A stretch of DNA of 64,000 nt from Marsupella aquatica (Eukaryota; Plantae; Marchantiophyta): positions 18,947,357 to 19,011,356 of the forward strand of contig OZ316892.1 in assembly GCA_973895155.1 (NCBI GenBank), read 5' to 3'. This document shows, piece after piece, positions 50,700 to 63,758 of the stretch (its first letter is position 1; each line of letters starts with the position of its first letter). A program made the position numbers and the translations under genes. The notes below the pieces were generated by a model that did no database searches, was not told where the DNA came from, and saw nothing but the letters and a program-made list of their open reading frames with translations.

Positions 50700-51388
50700 C
50701 CATGTAGTCAGGAGCTTGGTTAAGGTTACATGCACTACTACTATATTCACATGCAACTTGAGCACACAGTTGTGGGCACTAGTCTGAACAAGGCTGCAGC
50801 TGCTCTTTCTTTGGCAAGCTTGATACTGCAATTAGGTCCCCAAAACGCAACCCTGACTCCTTCTCATTCATGTGATGATTAGCAGCATTGGCTGGAGCAC
50901 TGCCAACGCACTTTCCAAGCTAACTCTGTTTGGTTCCCATTGCATCTCATTCTCCATGGCGCTGCAGTAACTGTTCACTCTACACTTCACCATACTAGCA
51001 GTGTGCAGAAGGCCCAGCAGTTGAGTCAAAACACTCAACGACATCACTTGTTATGATTGAACAGGAGATGCTATGACATTGCTCTCCCTCTAGTCCCATT
51101 TTTGGGGAGTCTAACTTGTTGTTGCCTGTGGGACAGCCAACCTCTCTTGGGAGGTGATTTGTTTCAAGCCTCTTGCCTTTTTTGGGGTAGTTGGCCCTTG
51201 AGTTCTTGCCTGCCACCCTGGTGTGTGTGGTGATTTTGGGTTCTTTGGGTGGTTTTTGCCTCCTTTGAGTGTGGTTCTTCTGTGCTTTGGCCTTTTGGGC
51301 TTGATGGTCTTTGTGCCCCGCTGGTCTTTGTCACGACGGCTTCTGGAATAAACCGGCACTCTGGCGCCCTTCATTTTAAAAATAAAAT
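50700..51388 (+). mobile_element. old LINE-like 3' relic
   Basis: Homologous to 23880-24087, with a GT-rich 3' region ending in an A-rich tail. Confidence 0.35.
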
Positions 51389-52072
51389 ACACTATATTCA
51401 CCAGCAATACTTAGTGAGCTCGTTCGTGAGTGGAACTTAGGCACATTGTTACCAAGCCTTTTCACACAGTGTCCTACTACTATTGACGGACACTTTTATC
51501 ATAGTTAAATTACATCCCTATTCACCCTAAAGGATAGTGCCACATCAGGTCTGTCATAGTCCTTTAGTGTATATATGGAGTGTAGAGTCCATGAGGGGCT
51601 TGAGGTCCATATGCTCCGTGGTCCATCGGAGCATCCATTTTGATTAATTAGAGTATCTCATTGCCTTAAACTAAATTAAATCATGCTATGTTCCAAGTTC
51701 AATAACAAGGAATGTCTTATGCTTGGGGGACAATAACCCTTTTCTTCTAATCTTGAAAAGAATATCTTCACTAGATAAGAATCCTATAAAGTAAGAGAGG
51801 GCGAACCAGTGAAAGAAAGCCAGGACAGCAATAGCTGACCATACTCCTTTAGGCTTTCATTCTTATTTTGTACGTACGTGTATGTATCAAGCACGGAAGA
51901 GTAGAGGAAGGTTTAGGGAACTGAGCTGGAAGAATGACAAAAACAAAACCATTTCCTATTTTCATCTATACTATATTATGCTATTGAAGTCTACAATTCA
52001 TGATCTATTCTTTAGAGTGAAGCCACAGGCTGTAATTTCTCTTGTAACACAAAGACAATTCTGGTGAATAGG

Positions 52073-52428
52073 GACTAGGCGTGGGGAGCCCTCCATGCGT
52101 TGGGCTAGTGAATCAGAATTACAACAGCCAGGTATTTGGGCTAGTGAATAGGAATTATAACAGTTTAATTGGCCAAATGGAAGAAAGGTGGTCTGCAGTC
52201 AAGGCACAACTACTCACGCATAAAGCACCAAAGCTTACAGTTAAAAGTGAAGCCATAGGCCATAATGTCTCTGGTAATAGAAAGACTATGCAGGTGAGTA
52301 GAGACTAGCCATGGGAGTCTAGGTACAGGGAGCCCTCTCACCCTATTTGGGCTAGTGAATAAGAATTACAACACCCAATTGGCCAAACAGAGGAAAGTTG
52401 GTCCGCCGCCAAGGCACACCTACTCATA
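52073..52428. repeat. imperfect direct repeat with a ~230-bp period
   Basis: GGGGAGCCCTC..TTGGGCTAGTGAAT..GAATTA..AATTGGCCAAA..CAAGGCACA..CTACTCA occurs twice. Confidence 0.65.
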
Positions 52429-54009
52429 TAGCTGGCCCGTTCTAAGAGCATGCTATACTTTAATTAACTTATTAGTAATATTTATGAAATAAAAGTTATC
52501 CCGTCTCATTCAAATGTATTGAAACAATGATTCTAAAAACCTTAATGAAATAAAAATGCACACCTTTTTTAAAGTGAGGAGAGGTACCATCCTTTCTGGG
52601 TGACAAAGTACATTAAATTGATTATATAAGTCAATGTAAGGTACAGTATTTGAGATTGAAATAGAAATAAGCTACTGTAATTTTGTATTCTACTTTTAAA
52701 CTCTAGTTTGAGAGGCTTTATATTTAGGTGACACCTGTTCATGTATTTTGACCAAGGAATATATAAACTACAATGCATCTTAAGGTTCTGCGCATGTGAA
52801 GCTTGGTGATATGAACCTTGTGGCCCAATAATAAAAAATATTAGAAAAACAATTGTTAACAGACAAGTAAAAATATCATTTCACATGAATATGTTAATTC
52901 GAATATATAGAATAAAACTTAAGGACTTTAAAAATTAGAGGGGTAAGAGAAATAGCTTTATTCAAATTGATACAAAGCAAAAGTCTAGACTAGACCATAT
53001 GTAGATAAAATACATAGTCATCTCTTCTAATAAGACAAGATAGGGAGAATGTGTGCCCCCATATAGCAGTCTCTATAAAGCAAGCTTACAGTTGGAAGGA
53101 ACTAAAAATGCACAAAGCCGAAAGGACCAATTATACTCTAGTTCTGTTACACTTACATAGTCATCTTCTCCTTATGATGGCTGTCATAGGAGAAAGATAC
53201 CAAAATATTTATCTGGGACTAAATTCTTTTGTAATAACAAACCAAATAAACTTTTTTGCTAGGACCTGAACGAGTCAAGCTTTCATCACGTTCTGTCAAT
53301 CGTGCCAGCCATGGGAGATGGACCTGGTCATGAAAGGGAAGGACTTGCATACTAATCGGGGCAAGTCGTCTGAACTTACTAACCCTTCGGAGGTTCATTT
53401 CAGTGCAACTGGTTTACACGCCAAGAAAACCTATGGCCTATATTTTTAGATAAATTGTAATAATATAGAAACATTCCATCTTTGTTTCTTCTTCTATTGT
53501 CTTTGACTCTATGTTCACTAACCAGTAAAAGGCAGGGAGTGAGATTTTTGTGAATTAATTCACCAACTATTTTATTCCATACTGGGAGTCTGGGACGGCC
53601 TTCTAGATACTGAAAAGATTGTATGATTTTATTATTTTTAACATATATTCCTTTTAAATGATCTGTGTTTTTTCTTGTTGCTTTTGAACGCATGTTTCAC
53701 TAACCAGTAAAAAGGCAGGAGGTGGGATTTTTGTTTATCTAGTTATCATTTTATTTGTATTTTACTACTGGGAATCTGGGACGGCCTTCTAGAGACTGAA
53801 AGGATTGGATCAAGGGACTTGTAGGATTGCAGGAAAGATTTCCTGCCAAGATTTTCTGGTTTAGATGGCAATCATGACACTCCTCCTTGTTCGGATTCTA
53901 AGACATGACCTTATCTGTATGACTCTGCATCCTAGATTTTGGGGACTTGAAGGGCTTGAGAATCTGTATGAATGAACAGAAACTAGCAAAGGGGAGCTAC
54001 CTGATGGGG

Positions 54010-57000
54010 GAATATACACATACTTTATACAGAAAAAGGCTAAATAGAGTACAAAAGAATAAACAAGAGAGGTCCCAAGTGGACAAAACCAAACGCAAAA
54101 GAAGTGAGCAAAAGGAAACCCTAAAAACCAAGAAAGAGGAACTAAAAGAAGTGAGCAAAAGGAAACCCCTAAAAACCAAGAAAGAGGAACTAAAACTACC
54201 GCAAATGGACCGAGGTCCTCATCATACCTAGCAAATGTGGCAACAAGCTAGTGGTCTACATCAAGTGTCGAAACTAGATCGGCAAGTGGGACAGGAATGT
54301 CCTCTAGGGGGGCTAGCCGCTGCGGAGTCACACTAGCACCCACTGTCAGAGATCGACGATAGACGGCCCGAGCTTGAGCACGCTGTAAGGTGACTGAAAT
54401 GCGTTGGCGAAAGTGCGTGGTCAAAACAGATAGCGGGGGCCCGGTGGGACCCATCCGGCCGTGAACATCCCGAGCAGCTTGGTGAAGAAGCCCGTCGAAC
54501 TGATGATGGAGACGCCCAAATATCTCAAGAGCAAGGGGCAGGAAGCTATCAGATGAAGCTCGTGCAGCATATTTGGCCTCCTTCGTTGTTGCTGCTCGTG
54601 ATGCTGCTGCCCCTGCCGTTGTTGCCGCTGTCCCAATGATGTCTTGGCGCAATGGGTTTGCCACCACTACATCTGCCAAAGTACGGTGACCGTCACGGAC
54701 CATGGTAAGATCCACCCGTAACCGCTGTGATGGAGGACCAGGTAACTCGAGCACCACCTCCCGCCGCGCGCAGACCAAAGAGCCAGAGAGAACCTGAGCA
54801 GTCGCATCTCTCACAGCGTCGTGAACAAAAATGGTTTCGCCGCCCAAACTGCATCGAAGAAGATGGACACCTGTGGCATCACAAGGCTTCCCACAAGTGC
54901 AAGTAGGAGGTAAACTAGCAAGAAGTGGGTGGGGCAAGCCCATACGAAGACGCATGGCTGTCGCAAACTCCGCTGAAGACATCCGCAGGTGAGGAATGAC
55001 TGGATTGGCCTGAAGCTAGCCTCCTGCGCCCTTCCCTCCGGAAGAAAGAATCCGAGCTCGGTCCGTGTCAGGTGCCTCGGTGAGGATGCTGGAAAGGGTG
55101 AAAGCGTGCATACGCCCAGCAAGGTCTGCCTGAAGACGGACGGGGTCCAAGGATAAAAACTCCTGGAATGAAGGTAACGCAGCTCAAACAGGATCGGGTA
55201 ATGATGACCGCGCCGTGCGCAAATGAACCTGAAATGGGAGGGAACCCTCCTCGACCTCCATGAGAGATGAAAGTAAAAAAGGTCGATCCTCGGTAAGGAA
55301 ACGATCAGCCAACAATGAGAAGGCGGCCGCCCACGCGCCCAAGAAGGCCAAAGGTGCAAGGCGCTCAGTGGAAGTAAGCCCAAAACCACCGTGAGAAATA
55401 GGAAGACTGAGCTGTCGATGAAGCCACGGAGATGAGAGTAAAGTACCTGGCCCTAAAAGAGAGGCCAAAGTCTCACGAATGGAGACATCAAACGCTCGGA
55501 GGTGTAGATAAAGATCCTCGGTAGGGGGATGTGTCCGAGCCAAATAGGACGCATGAGGGTGGATGCATCTCAACAATAACCCAAATGCTGCCTGAGAGTC
55601 TGCTAACTTAGGGAGCATAGGAGTAGGGGCTAAGGCAGCCTGGAGAGCGTCAGCAATGAAAGATGAGCAAAAGGAGGCAGTACCGACTGGGGAGCCAAGG
55701 ACCCAAAGACCGTCGGCAGGACGTAAGAACCCAGGGGGAAGCGCAAGATCAGAGGGTAACCCAGCTGGACTCCATGCACGACTCTTCACCGGCTGAACTC
55801 GTAAACCGAGGCCCAACAAATGGGTGGAAAGGGTGGCGAGGGCAGAAGTAACAGCAACAGGTGGACCAATGATGTGGGTGTCATCTGAAAGGGAGGGGAA
55901 GATACACTGGGGGTGGGCCGCGGAGGCTTCTCGTAAAGCAGTAAAATGGGCAATGGCAAAAAGAGCCCCACCCAAAGGGTCACCCTGACGTGTACCTTCT
56001 GCAGAAGAAAGAGTGGTATACACTCCTGTAGAGGTGTGATGACTATAGAAGAGGGGGGCCTCAAACCCATAAAAACAACGGACAAAGGGGATAAGGGACT
56101 GGATGTCTGGATCCGCTGCCCTCAAAGCACGAAAAATTGCTGCCCGAGAAACCGTATTGAAAGCATTGGAGACATCAACTTGGAGGACAACCCAATCAGG
56201 GTGGAGGTCCAAGGTAGTACGAATACCCACGATAACTATCTCACAACCGCCAGGAACGCCCACTGCAAACTGATGTGGAGAGAGATGATCCGATAGTGCA
56301 GAGCGATACTGCGATGAAAGTGCGCGAGACACCAGACGAAGAAAAACCTCTCCAATAGCTATGGGCCGAACACCCGGTGAAGACTTAGCCATGGCCAATA
56401 AACGAGAAGCACTCAAAAGTCGAGAGACAGGAGGAGGCAAACGGCCGGCAGCAATACACTGGCAAAAGGAGAAGAAAACTGGAAAACCAGACTGAGGATC
56501 CTCAGGGGGGAATAAATCACGAAAATGCTCAAAGACATAGCCAGAGGGGCCACCAGCCGCGCAACGCGGAGCATGGAGGAAAGCATAGGTGAAGTGGTCC
56601 CTACTAAACTGAAGATCCTCCTCAGGCTCAAAATCCTCCACGAACAAAGGGAGCTGATCATAGGGCTGCGGATGGAGATCCTGAAGGGCCGTCAAGGTGA
56701 CCTCGCCAGGGGGGGCTGGTGTGGTGGGAGAAAGGGCCTGGACCGCACGACGATATTCACCAGCCTGGGCCAAACGACAAGAGCGACGAAGGCGTCTGTG
56801 CTCTGGAGGATGAGAGTGGCGAGCTGGGTCAGACAAAGCACGGGTAGTAAAGGAATGAGCTCGAAGAAAGTACTCTTCCTGAAGCTGTTCCCAATCTCCC
56901 CGCAGAAAACAATGGATACGAGAGGCAGTCTCACAATGACCCACGCGACCACCGTGACTAGGGAGGGTAAGAGTCCACTGTGGAAAAAGCATGAGTAAAG

Positions 57001-57042
57001 ACCAATAGGAGACCTCGATAGGATGCGCCAAGATAAACATGC
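54010..57042 (-). mobile_element. CRE-like non-LTR retrotransposon (RT + CCHC + RLE), 5'-truncated, with two nonsense mutations
   Basis: RT motifs GVRPIAIGE, QFAVG, DVSNAFN, GTRQGDPLG, SLSDD and LGSPVG, then CTCGKPC..HLLRC and the RLE motifs. One reading frame with in-frame stops at 55184-55186 (TGA) and 55016-55018 (TAG, within GAGG*L). Exact 11-bp TSD ACCTGATGGGG at 53999-54009 and 57043-57053. Confidence 0.88.
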
Positions 57043-58689
57043 ACCTGATGGGGTGCATGTTGGAATCCAAGCCACCCCTTTATTCATCAATTAAAATGAA
57101 CACAACCTACCAAAGGGGGCTAGGAGGTGCATGCTGGGATTCAAGCGACCCCAACCTATTCCTAATTAATACCATACATGCCTTCTTTTTGTGACTCCAT
57201 AGCCATCCTTACTTCTGGAGGAGCTTTCAAGAGAAATTCATTTATTGAGGCTGTATATCTTCACATTTCTGAATGATACACATAAGTGCAAAGTTTTCTT
57301 GATATTAGGTAGACCCCACAAACATAGCCTAATGGTAACAATCTTCATGCAGCAAGTGACATTGCAAGTTCAAGCTTCATAGGTCCAACGGCTTTTGCAC
57401 AAAACCCAACTTAGAAAAATTGGAGGGGCACTCTCTAATCCCCCAAATGGAAATGGGAAGGGGAAAGGGGGGAGGGGGAGAGGGGGTGGGGGCAGCGTCT
57501 AAAGTGTTATTCTTGAGTTTAACAAAGGGGGTAGACCTGCATAAATCATTGTCAACTCCGTCTATGTGGAAACACTCTTGGATTTTACCTAAGCTTACAC
57601 AATAAAGAACTATAATAAAGAGTTGGGCCCTTTTTTGAAGTGGTGTCATTTGAATTTGCAGTTTTTGTGTCAGAAAGAATCTAAAGAAACTTACTATAGA
57701 AAAAACAAAATAATCAAACCCTGCAAAATGGTAACCTGCAAAACAAGTACACACAATCCTTTGGATACTTTCCCTATAGTAGGCCAATGAATTCTCCCCT
57801 CTATCCTCCCATTGTACTTGCAAGTACATACCTTGACATAATGTATGGCAGGACAATCCCAATCCCTGATCTCTCTCAATCCTTCTCTATACAATATTTA
57901 TCGTTGCCCCCCAATGTACAATTGGTTCTGTCCAAGAGCCAATTTGGTTTAGTCTGAGGCATCCTATTCTTTCTTCTCATTTTACAAGAAGTTTGCATTT
58001 TTTTCACCTTTCCTAAGGCCAAATAGATATCAAATCATTTAGCTAAATGATAACTTTAATAAGTGCAAAACAATTTATAAGTGCATTTTGTACTCAAACT
58101 AAGAAAGATGGTACACTTATCAGTAAGCTCATAATCCAATGAGATTGCATTCACTGACAAGTGCACACCCCTTTTTAGTAAAGGAAAATTTGGACTTATA
58201 AACATCAAGTTTAGGGCAAGTATTCACATTTTGTGTAGTGAGTCACACGGCTGCTCACCTGTGGAGATGCCATTTATTACTAAGTGAAAATTTTAGGGGA
58301 TGTGCACTTATCAAGGAATGGAAAAACAAATTAGTGCAATCAGATAGTGAGAGTGTCACTTATCTAGAGTTTATTGTATTTGCATATGCTATACAATGAA
58401 CATACAATGAACTCAATCTGGACTCTCCCCTCCACTTGGTACTTGCTCCAAGAAAACAAGTACAATAAAAAAAATGGATATGTTTTGAATGAAATGGTAA
58501 CACATTGAGGTCAACTTTTCAATTCATTCAAAAACATTTCCATTTTCATCATGTGTAGTTTCTTCACATTTTAAAAGGTTTACAAGGAATTAAAAAATGA
58601 AAAATACAAAGACAAAGATCATTCTTAACTGGTGATAGTTTGTGGTTGTTGTTACTCATTTTCTGCGCCCTTTTTGTGTGGCAGTTTTT

Positions 58690-59308
58690 TTCTTAAGAAC
58701 ATCTTATGCGACGCCACATCTCTTTTTCTGAACGGCCTCTTGGGTGACACAACATCTTTTTTCTTAAATGACATTACAACAGCTTGGGCGACACAACGTC
58801 TGTTTTTCTTAATGACATCTTAGATGACACGACATCTTTTTCTTAATAACATCTTGGGTGACATGACATATTTTTTTCTTAACAACATCTTGGGGGACAC
58901 AACATCTTTTTCTTCATGACATCTATTGTGCAACACACGCGTCAGGTATTTTCTTCATGACATCTTTTGTTCCCAGCAAATTGGCCGACACTACATCTTT
59001 TGTTATCACTGGCATCTTGGCCGACACAACATCTTCCTTCTCAACAACCTCTTGGCCGACCCGACATCTTCTTCTCAATGACCTCTTGACCGGCACGACA
59101 TCTTTGTTATCACCGGCATCTTGGCCAACACGACATCTTTTGTTCTCAACAACATCTTGGGCGACACGACATCTTTCTTCTCAATGACCTCTTGGCCGAC
59201 GCAACATCTTTCTTCTCAACAACCTCTTGGCCGACACGACGTCTTTTGTTCTCAACTACATCTTGGCCGCCACGGCATCTTTTGTGCAACACACAGGTAT
59301 TGAGCTAG
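58690..59308 (+). mobile_element. non-autonomous Helitron 3' part with a ~33-bp minisatellite
   Basis: Tandem ACGACATCTTTT..CTTAACRACATCTTGGSCGAC units end in GTGCAACACACAGGTATTGAGCTAG|T. The 5' end was not located. Confidence 0.7.
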
Positions 59309-60775
59309 TATTACATGACTGAGAGTTTGGTGAGAAACAGATTTTAACAGTTATGTGAAATTACTCCCTTGTCCTGTACCGGGAGAAGCATAAAAGGTCA
59401 AATCTAAATCACTTAGGGAAAGACAAAAGAACAGCTGTAAGGGAAAAGTGCACGAGTAAGTGGATAACGTGTGTAAGTAAACAATAGACTAAGAGTGATC
59501 CTAAGATTTTTCCCCCTATTGGAAGAGTTATTAGTATTGGATTTACCACTGCCTTATCCTTCATCGGGAGAAGCATAAAAGGTGAAATTTAAAACACTTG
59601 GAGCATTTTAGGGGAAAAATCTTACGATTACTGTGATCCTATTGCTGACTTTCCACATATCATCCACTGACTCATGCCTTTCAGCCGTGCCTTTATCAGT
59701 TCTTGTGTCTTTCGAGTGTGTTTTTGTGTCCAGAGTTTACCTTTAAGAGACCACTTACTGTCATTCAATCTTCCTAATAAAGCACAATGCAATGCTAATT
59801 TCCAGGGGCTCCAGTCTAGAGTGAATGACCATAACTCTCAATAATGACAAATTTGACCTTGGCTCTATATATGGACAAAACTGAAAGTGAGGGACTGAGG
59901 GTGGATCACAACAAGGGATGAAAGAAGAGATGAAGGGGAAATAACATTCAATTCTTTTTGTTAGCAATATTCTTTTGGGTCTTCTCCCAATTCACATTCA
60001 AGGAATAGGTAATCAGCCTAGTATCTAAAAAATAAGTTTCAATTCTCTGCCACACACTGCTGATACCAGCTGACCACTTAAGAAAACCATCAAGTCAAGC
60101 CATCACCATTTTGTGAACAACTTACTGGACAGGGTTGTCAAGTTGTTGAGTGCTTTGTGACCAAAATCTCACTTGTGAATTCCATCCAAAATGCAGCTAG
60201 ACTCTTCTTCTTTTCAGTGTAAACTCACTGTACACATTTCATGGGGATATGTCTATATCTCGCTGCCTAGCTGAAATACCCGGGTGTACTTTGGCAACTC
60301 CCAATGAATCCCTGTAAATAGTTAATCAACTCAGGTGACACTAATTAGACTTGAAAACAGCAATTCTCAATGCCCTCCCTTGTATGATATGGGAATCCAC
60401 CTACTCAACTCTTCACTTTTTTATACCATTCTAAATCTCTTAAAACAGTGTTTTCCATTGACACATGTCACATTTTGGCAATCAAATGGTACATGTTTGC
60501 AATAATAAATGACAGAGGTAGTATGTTCTTTAAACCCACAGAAAGAATCACAGTCGCTACATTGAAGGCATAGGTCCTTAGAAAGAAATTATGACATTCA
60601 AATTCTAAAAGTCCGTGACTCTTGAACAAGAGCAACACAGAGAGCAACACCACAACCATTATTCTACTATTTTCAGATGTTCAGGCATGATATGAATCAT
60701 ATTCACACCTCTGATCTTCTATGCAAAACTCGCAAAGTTTATTTCTCAGCTGACTTACTCCTCACTCCCTTCCCC

Positions 60776-61105
60776 CTCGGGGGGGTCACTATATGGAGGG
60801 TCATACATCGCGTGCGACGTTTTAGGGTTTGACCCCCCTAACTTTAAAGTGAAAAATATTTTTTTGCAAAGCCCTTTCTTTCTTAAAATTTTGTCATTTT
60901 TTATTAAAAAACCCCTAAAAAATTTATAGAAAGTATTTTTTGCAATTAAATAGGCCTATGTGTTCTTTAAAGTCGACCAATCAATAAAACATGCCCTATG
61001 TGTTCTTCCACCAAACTTTGGAAGTCTTCCGCCACACCCATTTAAATGGGCCTATACTTCGTCGCACGTGATGTGTCACTTCCGTGGAAGTGACCCCCCC
61101 CCGAG
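60776..61105. mobile_element. 330-bp MITE with ~45-bp TIRs and an 8-bp TSD
   Basis: CTCGGGGGGGTCACT..ACATC.CGTGCGACG occurs inverted at both ends; perfect TSD CCTTCCCC at 60768-60775 and 61106-61113. Confidence 0.85.
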
Positions 61106-62223
61106 CCTTCCCCATTTTTACTGATGTTTTTGTCCACATCTTCTCTCATCTAGTCACTTTTCTTGACTTGTTACTCATCCTAAGTTTTTTGCTGAGTGAA
61201 CAACTAAATGACAATCAATCACAAAGGTCCAACCTGGTTATGACCTGCCCCAAATCTTTTCCAAATTGAGCTGTTTTATACTCCATACTAGCCTGATGCC
61301 CATGTGTTGCATAGAAGATGGCAAGGCAAGGCAAGGCAAAGAAATGCAAGACAAGGAAGTTGTTGAAGGATCTTATGTGTTGTTGCAGCCATGTTGTCAT
61401 TGTGGTAGTGTTGTTGGGTATGCAAGTTTAGTGTGCGGGAATGAGTTGAAGAATACAATTCAAGCATCGCAATGAAGACATTATTTGTAAAATGCTTAAA
61501 TACAAATATGAGGACAAGTTGTTCAATGCCCACCTGATGCAAATGTCTACTATGAGCAAGGGTACAAAGGAAGATACGAACAAAAGTAATGCCAGCATGA
61601 TTATAAGTCAAAGAGATTCATATGACATGCAATCTTTATTCGTGCTCAGTAACGTAGTGCTTGTGCATTGCATGATTGTAATTGTCACATCTTATAGTTA
61701 ATTGCAGTCATGTGATTGCTACTGCCATGTGGTATTGCAACCACTTTGTGGGGGTGTGTAAATCTCAAGTGGAGAAAATAGTCAAAGAAGTCATCCATCT
61801 CAATGAGATATAATCCCTAAGATGCCATGTTGTTCAGTGCCCATTGGATGCAAACTTTCATTATTAGCAAGGGGACTACAAAGGTAGATATAACAATGAT
61901 TGGACTCGACTAGACTTCCCTACTATATGGAGGAGCTGGAGAGCTCATTGGTGAGACTCATGCTGGTTTGTGGGGAGCAAGCAAGAAGTAGGCGACCAAG
62001 CTTGGAGCTTGTTGTTGAAGGCTTGGTGTAATGGTGGCCAAGATTTACTAAAGCTCTTGTATTCTTGTGGACATAGCTTTGACAAAAGTGAATTACATAT
62101 CCATGGCGTAGATGTAATGTATGCTTGCTGGTTTCTCATGTATGACGTTGTCATTTTCTTAACTTCGTAGTATTTAGTCAATCAAAATAGTTGTCATTCC
62201 CGTTTCTGCATAAAAAAAATTAC

Positions 62224-63388
62224 GAGATATATGCTTGATGGGCCCCCTGGTGAACCTTGCTTACCTGATAGGCCCCTAGGTAACTTTTCTTACCTAATAG
62301 GCCCCTTGTCAGTCTTTTTTGTCAGATGTTCTTATCATAGGCACTGTAACGAGTTTTCCCTTCATGGAGTGACCAACCAAGTTTTCTAGAAAGACTATGG
62401 TCAACCATGACTCCAGGAAAACTGCACGGTTGGACCGACCCTACATGGTCGACCAAGAAACCATGGAGTTTATTTGGGAGAAACCACAAAAAATGGTCTC
62501 CGTTGCCAAAACTGTTATTTGAAGACAATATGCATTATGTCTTCGAATTCAAAATTTGACCAATGGCTGAGTAGTCATTAGGTTTGCTTGTACAGGTTTT
62601 TTCGTGATTGTTGGACCGTACGGGAGGCCACCCCTGCATGGTCAAAGAAACATGTGGGAGAAACAGGTGAAACCGCGGAGATGATGTGGGAGAACCGCAA
62701 AAAGCGGTTGCCGCTGCCCAAACCGCTACTCGAATACAATATGGATTATGTCTTTGGGTTCAAATTTTTACCGTATCGCGGGGTAGTCATTAGGTATGCT
62801 TTTCACGCGGTGCACATGGGTTTTTCACAGTGTTTTCATGTGCAAGTGTCAACGTCAGTGCAGAGTACCTCCAAATGTCCATAGTGAATATTCAAGTTCA
62901 ATGTTCAGAATTCCCCACTACCGCCATGACAAAAATTGACAAATGATCGACAAATGCGCTCAAAAAATGGCGATACTCCCCTACACAATGCATACAAACA
63001 ATTCCAAAAGAAGACAGACCCGAAGGTGTCGGGGTACACTTTAAACCCTAAACCTTGAAACCTGGGAAAACGTAATCCATTGTGTCTTTAGGCATTAACC
63101 GATCGAATCCTATGGTAATTGCATTGTTGCCCGTTGCGATGAACTCTGGTAGATTACGACGACCCTTGTGGTGGATTAGGCGTTGTAGACTGCAACGACA
63201 AGCGTGGTGGACTGACCTGTGAGCACAATGCCCTACAAGGCAATGGGTGTGATTAACTGTACATAGTAGGCACCACACAAGAACAGGTGTACGGGTCATT
63301 AAGAGGGGTCCCACTTGGTAGAAAAAGTTTCATGGGGGCCCATCAGGTAAACAAGTTTCACCAGGGGACCCATCATTGCATATATCTC
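62224..63388. mobile_element. 1.17-kb non-autonomous Mutator-like element
   Basis: ~55-bp TIRs beginning GAGATATATGC..GATGGG..CCCCTGGTGAA. The 10-bp flanks AAAAAATTAC / AACAAATTAC match at 9 of 10. Internal direct and inverted duplications. Confidence 0.85.
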
Positions 63389-63758
63389 AACAAATTACAA
63401 ATTTTATTTTGTTTGTGATCAACAAAATTATTCAGGAGTGCTGTTACTACATCAAAATAATTTTGTGAAACAAATTTAAGGATGTTCTAGGGTGTTTTTT
63501 AAAGTAAACATTGGGGGCTTTAGAGCAAAAACCATAATATTTTCTATAGAGGAATATAATTTTAGTATATTATTGAGTTATAAACATCGTATGAATGAAT
63601 CAACAACAACTCTCTTCCTCCTTCTCCTATATATATATATAAATATATATTTGTGGGAATACATTTAGGTCTTAACCTGTGTTGGGTTAACTATGGGTTA
63701 TAGTAACCCTGGTATACTAATATCTCATAACACTCCCGCTTGATTGTATTATTGGGGA

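Noticed and set aside
51662-51674. TGCCTTAAACTAA resembling the U12 snRNA 5' end
   Set aside because: Similarity stops after 13 nt, with no downstream structure.
53379-53386. CTAACCCT as a telomerase RNA template
   Set aside because: Only 8 nt, with no convincing USE/TATA promoter or pseudoknot seen.
57043-57070. N-terminus MDSNMHPIR of the 628-aa ORF
   Set aside because: It lies in the TSD and flank outside the element, so it is a chance fusion to the truncated ORF.
61300-62100. Possible Ty3/gypsy integrase-end relic (EGSYVLLQP)
   Set aside because: Too degenerate to support; no LTRs or catalytic motifs found.
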